Of a DNA stretch of 64,000 nucleotides, positions 34,501-47,200 are shown one piece after another; position 1 is the first letter of the stretch; the number at the start of each line of letters is the position of its first letter. The translations under genes and the position numbers were made by a program. This stretch comes from Chrysomallon squamiferum (lineage: Eukaryota > Animalia > Mollusca). A model generated the notes under the pieces. It ran no database searches, was not told the DNA's origin, and saw nothing but the letters and a program-made list of their open reading frames with translations. Where the stretch lies: NCBI GenBank assembly GCA_012295275.1, contig CM022674.1, positions 2,666,001 to 2,730,000 of the forward strand, in the 5' to 3' direction.

Positions 34501-37500
34501 AAGAAATGACAGGAAGATTTAAAATCAAATAGTAACTTCATATAAGACAAATTTCTATATAATTTATTTAATTGATTTCTGATGTCAACGTGTTCTGAGA
34601 ATGAAAAATGCATTAAATGGAAAGTTCGTGTCCCGAAACCTAAAATAATGTCAGTGCAGTAATTTTCATTGTCTCTTGTTACATTGCTCAGATTTAGTCA
34701 TTTCCAGTGATTTCTGACAACTGTTCTGTTGATTTATATCATGCATATCCATAATGTTTAGATAAATTTGGATCAGCTCTAGTAAATCTGTGTGTATTTC
34801 AGGTTGAATATGTCCAGTCACAAAAGCAGCAGAACTGCTGAGAAACAAGGTAATGCAGAGCCAGAACCTGCTGGCAAACCACCACCCCCTGAAAAGAAGA
34901 AAACTATCAATTCCGAAACAAGGTAATTAATTAGAACTAATTTTTTACATAACTAATTGTTAAAATTGTGTTTTCATGAGTGCTTTTAAATATCATAATA
35001 TAATATCTCTATTTCAAAAATTGGGACATTTATTAGAACCGTTTTTATCTGATTATTTTTTTTTTTTTGAAATGTTCCAGGAATATTATTATAGAATAAA
35101 AATTGAGAATGTTGATACAAACAGACACACAGAGAAAAAATAATCAAGTAATATTTATTTATCAGATATAACAGTGTTGTCACCCTGATTTGAAGTTCTA
35201 CCCATGTTCATACTTATTTATTCCAAAAATTTAATATTTTAAGAACTTCTTATGGTACTAAATAAGTAAATATAAAATACTTTAAGAATTAAATTGAAAA
35301 CAAACAAATATGAATAGTCTATTAAAAATGAGTACACAGAAAACTGAAAATATAATATGCATTGGGAAAATTGTTAAGCACTCTGGTAGAGAGAAAATGT
35401 TACTTTGAGTGTCTAGATTACATCTGTAGTTAAAGGGTTCACTGGCAACTATTTTTATTTCTTTTATTCATTATATTGTCATATAATTACCAGTACTATT
35501 TAATACTAAAAATATGTCATTCCAAAGTGTGGAGCTGCAGAGTTCATAAATACTCAAGATAACATTTTCAGAGAGAAAGTGTTACATTGAGTGTCTAGAT
35601 TACATCTGTAGTTAAAGGGTTCACTGGCAACTAAACATTCAGGTGCCTCCAACTCATCGCTCCACTTAAAAACAAATGTCATTCTCAGTGCTAAGCTGAT
35701 TCCACTTCCATTGTATATAAAATGTCCAACTATGATCAAATGTGCTCTAGTGGATTCAAAACTGAATTCATGACTGATCAGGGCAGAAGTGTTAAAACAC
35801 TGTTTTGTACATAGCCTGTTGGAGGTCACTACTTAACTGATGACTGTAACTGTACTGAAGCTGATATCCTGTAGGTTTGATATCTTAAATTTATTCCTGT
35901 TATCTGCCATCTTTGTGTTTCTCTTGTCCACCATTGTGCCTTGTTGACACTGAATGACTGAGTTGTGGAGTTAAAGATCCCTGTCAGATACATGAGCAAA
36001 CTCCAGTTCAAGAAAAACATGCAGACTTGATGCACTGGCCTATCAGATTGAAATCAGTTTTAACTGTGTTTCAGAAACAGGCAACATCATTCTGTTGTTA
36101 ATTATCACAAAGTTGTAATTACTTGTAATTATTTCAGTGGTTAAATTTTCTCCAGGTGTGTATTTGAGACATTTCCATTCTTATTGTTCATAGCACATAA
36201 ATAACTGCAGTAAGAATATAATTAAGACTATTCAGATATTATCTGTACATTTATTCTGTTTATATATCATAATTCAGTTACAGGATTAAGTGTTACTATT
36301 CTGATATTACTCATATAAATCCTGAATAATTTTAACTCACCCAAGTATGACTGTTCTACATGTTTTTGGAATTTGTGAATAGTTTTCAAAGAAATGACAG
36401 GAAGATTTAAAATCAAATAGTAACTTCATATAAGACAAATTTCTATATAATTTATTTAATTGATTTCTGATGTCAACGTGTTCTGAGAATGAAAAATGCA
36501 TTAAATGGAAAGTTCGTGTCCCGAAACCTAAAATAATGTCAGTGCAGTAATTTTCATTGTCTCTTGTTACATTGCTCAGATTTAGTCATTTCCAGTGATT
36601 TCTGACAACTGTTCTGTTGATTTATATCATGCATATCCATAATGTTTAGATAAATTTGGATCAGCTCTAGTAAATCTGTGTGTATTTCAGGTTGAATATG
36701 TCCAGTCACAAAAGCAGCAGAACTGCTGAGAAACAAGGTAATGCAGAGCCAGAACCTGCTGGCAAACCACCACCCCCTGAAAAGAAGAAAACTATCAATT
36801 CCGAAACAAGGTAATTAATTAGAACTCATTTTTTACATAACTAATTGTTAAAATTGTGTTTTCATGAGTGCTTTTAAATATCATAATATAATATCTCTAT
36901 TTCAAAAATTGGGACATTTATTAGAACCGTTTGTATTTGATTTTTTTTTTTTTGAAATGTTCCAGGAATATTATTATAGAATAAAAATTGAGAATGTTGA
37001 TACAAACAGACACACAGAGAAAAATAATCAAGTAATATTTATTTATCAGATATAACAGTGTTGTCACCCTGATTTGAAGTTCTACCCATGTTCATACTTA
37101 TTTATTCCAAAAATTTAATATTTTAAGAACTTCTTATGTTACTAAATAAGTAAATATAAAATACTTTAAGAATTAAATTGAATACAAACAAATATGAATG
37201 GTCTATTAAAAATGAGTACACAGGAAAGTGAAAATATAATATGCATCTGGAAAATTGTTAAGCACTCTGGTATTGGACATATTTTTATTTCTTTTATTCA
37301 TTATATTGTCATATAATTACAAGTACTATTTAATACTAAAAATATGTCATTCCAAAGTGTGGAGCTGCAGAGTTCATAAATACTCAAGATAACATTTTCA
37401 GAGAGAAAGTGTTACATTGAGTGTCTAGATTACATCTGTTGTTAAAGGGTTCACTGGCAACTAAACATTCAGGTGCCTCCAACTCATCGCTCCACTTAAA

Positions 37501-40500
37501 AACAAATGTCATTCTCAGTGCTAAGCTGATTCCACTTCCACTGTATATAAAATGTCCAACTATGATCAAATGTGCTCTAGTGGATTCAAAACTGAATTCA
37601 TCACTGATCAGGGCAGAAGTGTTAAAACACTGTTTTGTATGTAGCCTGTTGGAGGTCACTAATTAACTGTAAGTGTACTGAAGCTTATATCCTGTAGGTT
37701 TGATATCTTAAATTTATTCCTGTTATCTGCCATCTTTGTGTTTCTCTTGTCCACCATTGTGCCTTGTTGACACTGAATGACTGAGTTGTGGAGTTAAAGA
37801 TCCCTGTCAGATACATGAGCAAACTCCAGTTCAAGAAAAACATGCAGACTTGATGCACTGGTCTATCAGATTGAAATCAGTTTTAACTGTGTTTCAGAAA
37901 CAGGCAACATCATTCTGTTGTTAATTATCACAAAGTTGTAATTACTTGTAATTATTTCAGTGGTTAAATTTTCTCCAGGTGTGTATTTGAGACATTTCCA
38001 TTCTTATTGTTCATAGCACATAAATAACTGCAGTAAGAATATAATTAAGACTATTCAGATATTATCTGTACATTTATTCTGTTTATATATCATAATTCAG
38101 TTACAGGATTAAGTGTTACTATTCTGATATTACTCATATAAATCCTGAATAATTTTAACTCACCCAAGTATGACTGTTCTACATGTTTTTGGAATTTGTG
38201 AATAGTTTTCAAAGAAATGACAGGAAGATTTAAAATCAAATAGTAACTTCATATAAGACAAATTTCTATATAATTTATTTAATTGATTTCTGATGTCAAC
38301 GTGTTCTGAGAATGAAAAATGCATTAAATGGAAAGTTCGTGTCCCGAAACCTAAAATAATGTCAGTGCAGTAATTTTCATTGTCTCTTGTTACATTGCTC
38401 AGATTTAGTCATTTCCAGTGATTTCTGACAACTGTTCTGTTGATTTATATCATGCATATCCATAATGTTTAGATAAATTTGGATCAGCTCTAGTAAATCT
38501 GTGTGTATTTCAGGTTGAATATGTCCAGTCACAAAAGCAGCAGAACTGCTGAGAAACAAGGTAATGCAGAGCCAGAACCTGCTGGCAAACCACCACCCCC
38601 TGAAAAGAAGAAAACTATCAATTCCGAAACAAGGTAATTAATTAGAACTAATTTTTTACATAACTAATTGTTAAAATTGTGTTTTCATGAGTGCTTTTAA
38701 ATATCATAATATAATATCTCTATTTCAAAAATTGGGACATTTATTAGAACCGTTTTTATCTGATTATTTTTTTTTTGAAATGTTCCAGGAATATTATTAT
38801 AGAATAAAAATTGAGAATGTTGATACAAACAGACACACAGAGAAAAATAATCAAGTAATATTTATTTATCAGATATAACAGTGTTGTCACCCTGATTTGA
38901 AGTTCTACCCATGTTCATACTTATTTATTCCAAAAATTTAATATTTTAAGAACTTCTTATGGTACTAAATAAGTAAATATAAAATACTTTAAGAATTAAA
39001 TTGAAAACAAACAAATATGAATAGTCTATTAAAAATGAGTACACAGAAAACTGAAAATATAATATGCATTGGGAAAATTGTTAAGCACTCTGGTAGAGAG
39101 AAAATGTTACTTTGAGTGTCTAGATTACATCTGTAGTTAAAGGGTTCACTGGCAACTATTTTTATTTCTTTTATTCATTATATTGTCATATAATTACCAG
39201 TACTATTTAATACTAAAAATATGTCATTCCAAAGTGTGGAGCTGCAGAGTTCATAAATACTCAAGATAACATTTTCAGAGAGAAAGTGTTACATTGAGTG
39301 TCTAGATTACATCTGTAGTTAAAGGGTTCACTGGCAACTAAACATTCAGGTGCCTCCAACTCATCGCTCCACTTAAAAACAAATGTCATTCTCAGTGTTA
39401 AGCTGATTCCACTTCCATTGTATATAAAATGTCCAACTATGATCAAATGTGCTCTAGTGGATTCAAAACTGCATTCATGACTGATCAGGGCAAAAGTGTT
39501 AAAACACTGTTTTGTATGTAGCCTGTTGGAGGTCACTAATTAACTGTAAGTGTACTGAAGCTTATATCCTGTAGGTTTGATATCTTAAATTTATTCCTGT
39601 TATCTGCCATCTTTGTGTTTCTCTTGTCCACCATTGTGCCTTGTTGACACTGAATGACTGAGTTGTGGAGTTAAAGATCCCTGTCAGATACATGAGCAAA
39701 CTCCAGTTCAAGAAAAACATGCAGACTTGATGCACTGGCCTATCAGATTGAAATCAGTTTTAACTGTGTTTCAGAAACAGGCAACATCATTCTGTTGTTA
39801 ATTATCACAAAGTTGTAATTACTTGTAATTATTTCAGTGGTTAAATTTTCTCCAGGTGTGTATTTGAGACATTTCCATTCTTATTGTTCATAGCACATAA
39901 ATAACTGCAGTAAGAATATAATTAAGACTATTCAGATATTATCTGTACATTTATTCTGTTTATATATCATAATTCAGTTACAGGATTAAGTGTTACTATT
40001 CTGATATTACTCATATAAATCCTGAATAATTTTAACTCACCCAAGTATGACTGTTCTACATGTTTTTGGAATTTGTGAATAGTTTTCAAAGAAATGACAG
40101 GAAGATTTAAAATCAAATAGTAACTTCATATAAGACAAATTTCTATATAATTTATTTAATTGATTTCTGATGTCAACGTGTTCTGAGAATGAAAAATGCA
40201 TTAAATGGAAAGTTCGTGTCCCGAAACCTAAAATAATGTCAGTGCAGTAATTTTCATTGTCTCTTGTTACATTGCTCAGATTTAGTCATTTCCAGTGATT
40301 TCTGACAACTGTTCTGTTGATTTATATCATGCATATCCATAATGTTTAGATAAATTTGGATCAGCTCTAGTAAATCTGTGTGTATTTCAGGTTGAATATG
40401 TCCAGTCACAAAAGCAGCAGAACTGCTGAGAAACAAGGTAATGCAGAGCCAGAACCTGCTGGCAAACCACCACCCCCTGAAAAGAAGAAAACTATCAATT

Positions 40501-41740
40501 CCGAAACAAGGTAATTAATTAGAACTAATTTTTTACATAACTAATTGTTAAAATTGTGTTTTCATGAGTTCTTTTAAATATCATAATATAATATCTCTAT
40601 TTCAAAAATTGGGACATTTATTAGAACCGTTTGTATTTTTTTTTTTTTTTTTTTAAATGTTCCAGGAATATTATTATAGAATAAAAATTGAGAATGTTGA
40701 TACAAACAGACACACAGAGAAAAATAATCAAGTAATATTTATTTATCAGATATAACAGTGTTGTCACCCTGATTTGAAGTTCTACCCATGTTCATACTTA
40801 TTTATTCCAAAAATTTAATATTTTAAGAACTTCTTATGTTACTAAATAAGTAAATATAAAATACTTTAAGAATTAAATTGAAAACAAACAAATATGAATG
40901 GTCTATTAAAAATGAGTACACAGGAAACTGAAAATATAATATGCATCTGGAAAATTGTTAAGCACTCTGGTATTGGACATATTTTTATTTCTTTTATTCA
41001 TTATATTGTCATATAATTACCAGTACTATTTAATACTAAAAATATGTCATTCCAAAGTGTGGAGCTGCAGAGTTCATAAATACTCAAGATAACATTTTCA
41101 GAGAGAAAGTGTTACATTGAGTGTCTAGATTACATCTGTAGTTAAAGGGTTCACTGGCAACTAAACATTCAGGTGCCTCCAACTCATCGCTCCACTTAAA
41201 AATTGGGTTTGTCAAATGGTCAACAAATGTCATTCTCAGTGCTAAGCTGATTCCACTTCCACTGTATATAAAATGTCCAACTATGATCAAATGTGCTCTA
41301 GTGGATTCAAAACTGAATTCATGACTGATCAGGGCAGAAGTGTTAAAACACTGTTTTGTATGTAGCCTGTTGGAGGTCACTAATTAACTGTAAGTGTACT
41401 GAAGCTTATATCCTGTAGGTTTGATATCTTAAATTTATTCCTGTTATCTGCCATCTTTGTGTTTCTCTTGTCCACCATTGTGCCTTGTTGACACTGAATG
41501 ACTGAGTTGTGGAGTTAAAGATCCCTGTCAGATACATGAGCAAACTCCAGTTCAAGAAAAACATGCAGACTTGATGCACTGGCCTATCAGATTGAAATCA
41601 GTTTTAACTGTGTTTCAGAAACAGGCAACATCATTCTGTTGTTAATTATCACAAAGTTGTAATTACTTGTAATTATTTCAGTGCTTAAATTTTCTCCAGG
41701 TGTATATTTGTGAAATTTCCATTTTTATTGTTTATATTAC
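25591..41740 (+). repeat. Tandem array of ~1.9-kb units (about 8.5 units), each full unit carrying one coding exon
   Basis: Near-identical sequence recurs with exon starts at 27197, 29101, 31009, 32897, 34803, 36691, 38514 and 40391 (spacing 1.82-1.91 kb). The same shadow ORFs recur in the ORF track. Confidence 0.97.
27197..40510 (+). CDS. Eight copies of the ATG-containing 120-nt exon of the NLR-like gene
   Basis: tatttcag|G TTG AAT ATG TCC...ACA AG|gtaatt encodes LNMSSHKSSRTAEKQGNAEPEPAGKPPPPEKKKTINSET. Copies: 27197-27316, 29101-29220, 31009-31113 (105 nt), 32897-33017 (121 nt), 34803-34922, 36691-36810, 38514-38633, 40391-40510. The phase-2 end joins in frame to exon 42835. Confidence 0.75.
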
Positions 41741-41759
41741 ATAATTTACTACAATCAGA

Positions 41760-42300
41760 GTATAACTAAAACTATTCCGATATTATCTTTACATTTTGTT
41801 TATATTATTTAATGCAAATGTCAAAATATTTGTTACAAAACTGATATATAACTTAGTACACTATTGTGATAATCATTATATTTACTACAAAAGAAAAATG
41901 TTACTTTATATAACTATTCTGATAATTAGTGCATTTACTACAAAGCTAAGATACAGCTTAGAATAACTGATAGTTATTACATTTATTACAAAATTAATAT
42001 AATCTTAGCCTAGCTATTGTGATTATTATATTTACTATAAAATTACTATATAATTTAGAATAATTATTATGTTGATTACAAAACTAATATATATATATAT
42101 CTTAGAATAGCTACTGTGATAATTACATTTAGTACAAACCTAAGATATAACTTAGAATAACTATTATGATAATTATTACATTCACTACAAAACTAAGATA
42201 ATATAAGTTAATATAACTATTCTAATAGTTATAATATTTACAACAAAACTAAAGTATGTCATTGTATGACTATTGTGATAATTATTTAGTACTGCAGTTT
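41760..42300. repeat. Degenerate AT-rich minisatellite, ~50-60 bp period
   Basis: Recurring approximate unit ataattattacatttactacaaaactaagatataacttagaataactattgtg directly after the 1.9-kb array. Confidence 0.7.
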
Positions 42301-42574
42301 AAGAAACATCCCACAAATGTTTTTGTGATAATTATCACTTGATTGTTATAAAATATTTCGAATGAACTGATTCTAATATGAATATGAGTAATTAATTACA
42401 ACAATATTAAGTTTGACATTAACAGGGTAGCAGTAATTACATTTTCATGATTTTTTACATAACAGTCTAACATCACTATTTACAAAATGATGATATTTAG
42501 TAAAACCATTTTCATTTTACTATTTTTAAATATTTTCATTAATATATTTATAGAACAAAAGTTGAGAATTCTGA

Positions 42575-42806
42575 CTGAGCTGTTTCACATTAGTACTGGT
42601 CAGCAACTGATATGTAAAATAGTATGCACTGTCTGTGGGTAGGTGTAAATGACATATCACTTGTTGTTAATAAGAAAGAGTAGACTTATGAGGAGGTGGC
42701 AGTGGGTTTCTTCTCTTTTTTTTTTGTTATCAGAATTTTATTGAAATACGTGTCTGTCCCCATATAACAGTGAGTACAATGTGTTAAATAAAACATTTGT
42801 TTTCTT
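42575..42806 (+). mobile_element. Degenerate 3' part of a molluscan SINE-like element in an intron
   Basis: ctgtctgtggg...cacttgttgttaataagaaagagtag...gtggcagtgggtttcttctc...tgtctgtccccatataac...atgtgttaaataaaacattt resembles, from memory, the core and tail of widespread molluscan SINEs. Not checked against a repeat library. Confidence 0.55.
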
Positions 42807-42834
42807 TCATAAATAATTATATTATCTTTTACAG

Positions 42835-42968
42835 CTCAGCCATTATGGATGTCAGAGAAGAGAGTTCAGAAAATTCATCTGATTTAACAGTTGCATCTTC
42901 CTCAGACAGTATGAAAAAAAATGATTAATATCTTTAATAATGAAGTATTTCAAATCCTGTTTACTTTT

Positions 42969-43000
<32 letters not shown>

Positions 43001-44022
43001 CCTTTTTTTAGTTATGCTTTGTAAAGCAAGACATTTTTGTTTTATATTCATAATAAATTAACAGTCAAAGATTTTGGTTTGGTTTTTGTTAGAAAATACA
43101 CATTTATTATTACTTGATTATTTTATGCACAATTAGTTAACAATTTTATTGTTATATTCAGAAATACTGTTCAGACAGATTTTGTTAAAACTGTACACTG
43201 CCATATCTCTGCATGCACATAAAATGTGTTTAGAAATAATATTTAGAAATTGTTAATTTAAATAATTTCTTTTCCTCCACTGACAAAGATACTGGAAGAT
43301 CACAACCAGTGGTAGAACACAATGTAAATATCAGCACAGTTCAGAAGGCTGTGTCTAACAACAGGAATGTTGTGTTTGGAAATCAAGTTACTAAAATCAG
43401 TAAGTTAAAAACTGAAAGTTTCCTTTCCTCTACCTTCTTAATAAATAAGTGAATACACGTCGCAGTAGTCATTAGTATTTTTCTGTCAGACACTGTGACC
43501 AGAAGAACATAGAAACATGCACATACATGTATAGACATAATACATACAAACATATGTACATGTATACTCAATTAACGTATACACAGAAGACATACGTACA
43601 CACACATAAACATGCAGACATGCATTAGACACGCACACACATATTCAGAGACAGATTATCTTCTTAAACTATTAATATATATGCCTGTCATTATTATTGC
43701 CTGTAAATATTGAAATATGGTCCAAGGTACAATAACAACAACAACAACATTAATAATAATACCAACAATATCAATAAATAAATAACATCAGTGATAAGAA
43801 ACTAGAACAGTAGATTTGACAATAGGATGAATAATTATAATAAATGAATAACAAAAAATAAAATTCTAATAATTTTATATATTTAGTGTTTCACGAATAA
43901 AGTGCAGTGTAGTTGTACACATCCCTTTAATCATTCTCTTTTATTCATCATCAATATAAACTTATTTGTTTTATTTTTTATTATTTCAGCAAAGACTGAT
44001 GGACGAGCATCCAATATCAAAG
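42835..44022 (+). CDS. Three small linker exons of the NLR-like gene, the middle one with a RHIM/cRHIM-like motif
   Basis: 42835-42908 (SAIMDVREESSENSSDLTVASSSD, phase 2 to 1), 43289-43399 (TGRSQPVVEHNVNISTVQKAVSNNRNVVFGNQVTKI, phase 1 to 1), 43990-44022 (KTDGRASNIK, phase 1 to 1). All have AG/GT boundaries, no stops, and phases that match the NTPase exon starting at 44269. Confidence 0.8.
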
Positions 44023-44268
44023 GTATTTTTATATTTTCTTAAATTATTATTTGTACAATTTTCAAGGACGTTCATAAATAAAAGATAATCTTATTATCTT
44101 CATTAAACTCTGATGAACTAAAATTGTGACAAAAAATTCCTGCATCATTTTAAAACCTTCACATCTGATGACAACTTAAAAATAATATTATTTATAGTTA
44201 AATGATAAAATATGTTGAAAACAGTTACCAATAAATTTTAATTTTTTTTTTTAAATGTTGTGATACAG

Positions 44269-47200
44269 AGTCTACCAGGTTAGAGTTAAACTCAGTTGAC
44301 TGGAGAGTCTATGTGGAAACAAGAGTAGAGAAAAGAGGTGTAGAACTTTTGAAGAAGCATGGTGTTGTGATTGTAGTAGGATGTCCAGGTTCAGGGAAGA
44401 CATCTCTAGCTTTGAGCATAATGAGACAGATAGAAAATGAAGAAAAAATAAAACTTTACAAGCTGACTCATCACAATGAATTTTATGACATCTCTTTGAA
44501 AATAAAAAATGTGTTGTTCTCATTGATGATATATTTGGTAAGACTAATCTTGTTTCAGATTTTATAGTCATCATGGAAACTAAAATTTCCAAACATATGG
44601 AATCATGTTCAGAATGGTTCTTTGAAATGTATTATTACTTTAAGAAAGCAAATATTTTCAGAAGCTAAAATTGGTTTGAAGGAATTTGGTCTGTTTAATG
44701 AGAATCATGTTCTTGATCTGCAGAGTGATGACTGTTGTCTGCTTCATGATGAAAAGAAAAAAATTCTTAACAATTATCTCGAATTAAAGAATGTTAAAAT
44801 GAATCAATATGATAAACACACTATCTTATTTCTGAGTTCATGTAAAGAATTAGGATTTCCTCAGATTTGTGTGTATTATGTTAATTCAAGTGATGCACAG
44901 AAAAGAGGAGTTAAGTTTTTTAACAAACCTATAGAATATCTTGGACAACAGCTAGAAAATGTGAAAAATGACAAATCTTTACAGATCAATTACTTGGTTC
45001 TACTGCTACTCTTGTTCAAGCAAGGCAGTCTCAGTGTTGATTCACTGGACCATTTTGAAAATGACATTGACAGTGACATAATGAAATTAGTAAGACTGCT
45101 AGAGGGAGCCTGTCTGAGTCTGAAAAACACTGGTCTCAGAGATATAAAGAAAACAGCTGATGAAATGTGTGGTACCTATTTGATGTGTTCACACAATAAA
45201 TATACATTTATTCACCAGTCAGTGTTTGACTGTTTATTTCTGATGTTTACATCAGAGTTTCCAAAGAAAGCAGCAGAATTGCTAGAAGTGTGTCCAGTTT
45301 CCATGTTGTTAGAATATGTTGTGACGCCTGGAGTGTCTAACAAAAGTCACATTACAATGACACTGAAACCTGACTGTTTTGATGTTCTTGCTCGCAGATT
45401 CACTGACCTGCTGGCATCAGATAATGCCAGTGAAATTGTTTCACATCCATCACTGAAAGATGATGAGTTTTTGAAGTATCTCATACAGGAAAAAATGTTT
45501 TATGGAAGGTTTTCTGAAATACTGCATCAGGAACTTTCTCTAGGTCGAAATAGTCATGGTTATATATCATTCGTGCATGCAAACAATGCTAATGAAATGT
45601 TTAGCCTCATTCCATATGTTTCTGACAATGATTCAAACTTTAATTCGTATGACATGAGGAGGGTGAGAATTAGAAAAGATTTTATAGAGACATCATTGAG
45701 AGTTAAAGAAGATTTTATAAAGACATCATATGTTGCAAGTGAGTGTATTGTGGGCAAACTAAGAACATTGTCACAATTTTTCACAAATATAGTGTGTGAA
45801 ATGGAATTAACTTACCAGAAAACAGAACTTCTGAATTTTTCTTGTTTGTTTGGTGATGAAGATGTTGTGAGGATGTTGCTAAAATCAGGTGTTACTCCAT
45901 ATTTTGAAACATTCACTATAGCTGCTTGTTCAAAAACAGACAGTGCTACTGTATTCAGAGAATTGATACAGTATAAAAAGGATATGAAATTGACTATGTG
46001 TTCCTGCTTGTTATGTATTTCAATTTGTTCAGAAAACATGAATATTGCCTGTCTTTTGGCTGACATGATAAACAATGAGGAACACAACCATGTCTTCAAG
46101 AAAAGAGCTGTGAAACTGTTATTGATTTGGTTCCACAGACATGAAAATATGTACCAATGGAAATCTTTTTTAGATGCCCAGAGACTTTTAAAGTTGTTGA
46201 TGTAAGCCAACTTTTTAAGAAACTGGTCACCATTGATATAATAAAAGAAATTAAAAACATTGCTATCATTGCTGCTGGTCAGAGGAATTCAGGTGTTATA
46301 AAAGAAATAGTAAAACTGAAACCTGATTGTTTAAATGTTGAGAACAGAGATAAAGTATTTTAGCAGCAACAATATGGGGATGTCACTGATACAGTGAATT
46401 TTCTCATTGAACAGAGACAAAATGATACGGATGAGAACAATTGGAAAAAAGTCAGACACTGAAAGCAGCTGTGACGTTTAACAGTGCTGATGTTGTTCAG
46501 AGTCTTCTTGATAAAGGAGCTGATCCTAATGTAAATGAAGCTATTAACCAGAAATTGATTCACTTGTTTGAACATAAAACTAGTTTGAAATTGTTGCCTT
46601 CAGACTCACCTCTCCACATTTCAGTTCTGTTTGGTGACTTAGATATAATAAAATCACTAATAAAGAGAAATGCTGATGTTAACGCAGTAAACAGTGAGGG
46701 GAAAACTCCACTTCATGAAGCTGTAAACGCAGAGACAAACAGAAAGGAAATAGCTTTGTTGTTACTGGAAAATGGTGCTGATGTTAACATAACAGATAAA
46801 CAACAGAATTCAGCATTGCACATAGCATCTCAAATTGATATAGATGTAGTGAAAGAAGTAACAAAAAGGGGTGTTGAAATAAATGTAATTAACACTGAAG
46901 GGGAAACTCCTCTTCTTTTGTCCTTACGCAATAACATACCAGAAATAGCTTTACATTTACTAAAACAAGGAGCTGACCCTAATTTTACAGACGATGGTGG
47001 CTATTCTGTTTTACACACAGCAGCTGAATATGGAAATATAGAAATTGTGACAGCACTGGTTGAAAAAGGAGTTGATGTAAATAGTAAAAACTCTCAAGGA
47101 GGAACTCCTCTTTTAACATCTGTTAATTATGATGAAGATGATCTTCATCCATCTTCACATGATGAAGAATGTAAAGCGGCTTTTTATATACAGGAAGATG

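Noticed and set aside
26038-41380. Recurrent minus-strand ORFs MTSNRL..., MHQVCM... and MFLSSS... in every 1.9-kb unit
   Set aside because: They start at non-ATG codons, have no recognisable motif, and recur only because the DNA is repeated. MFLSSS overlaps the antisense of the real plus-strand exon.
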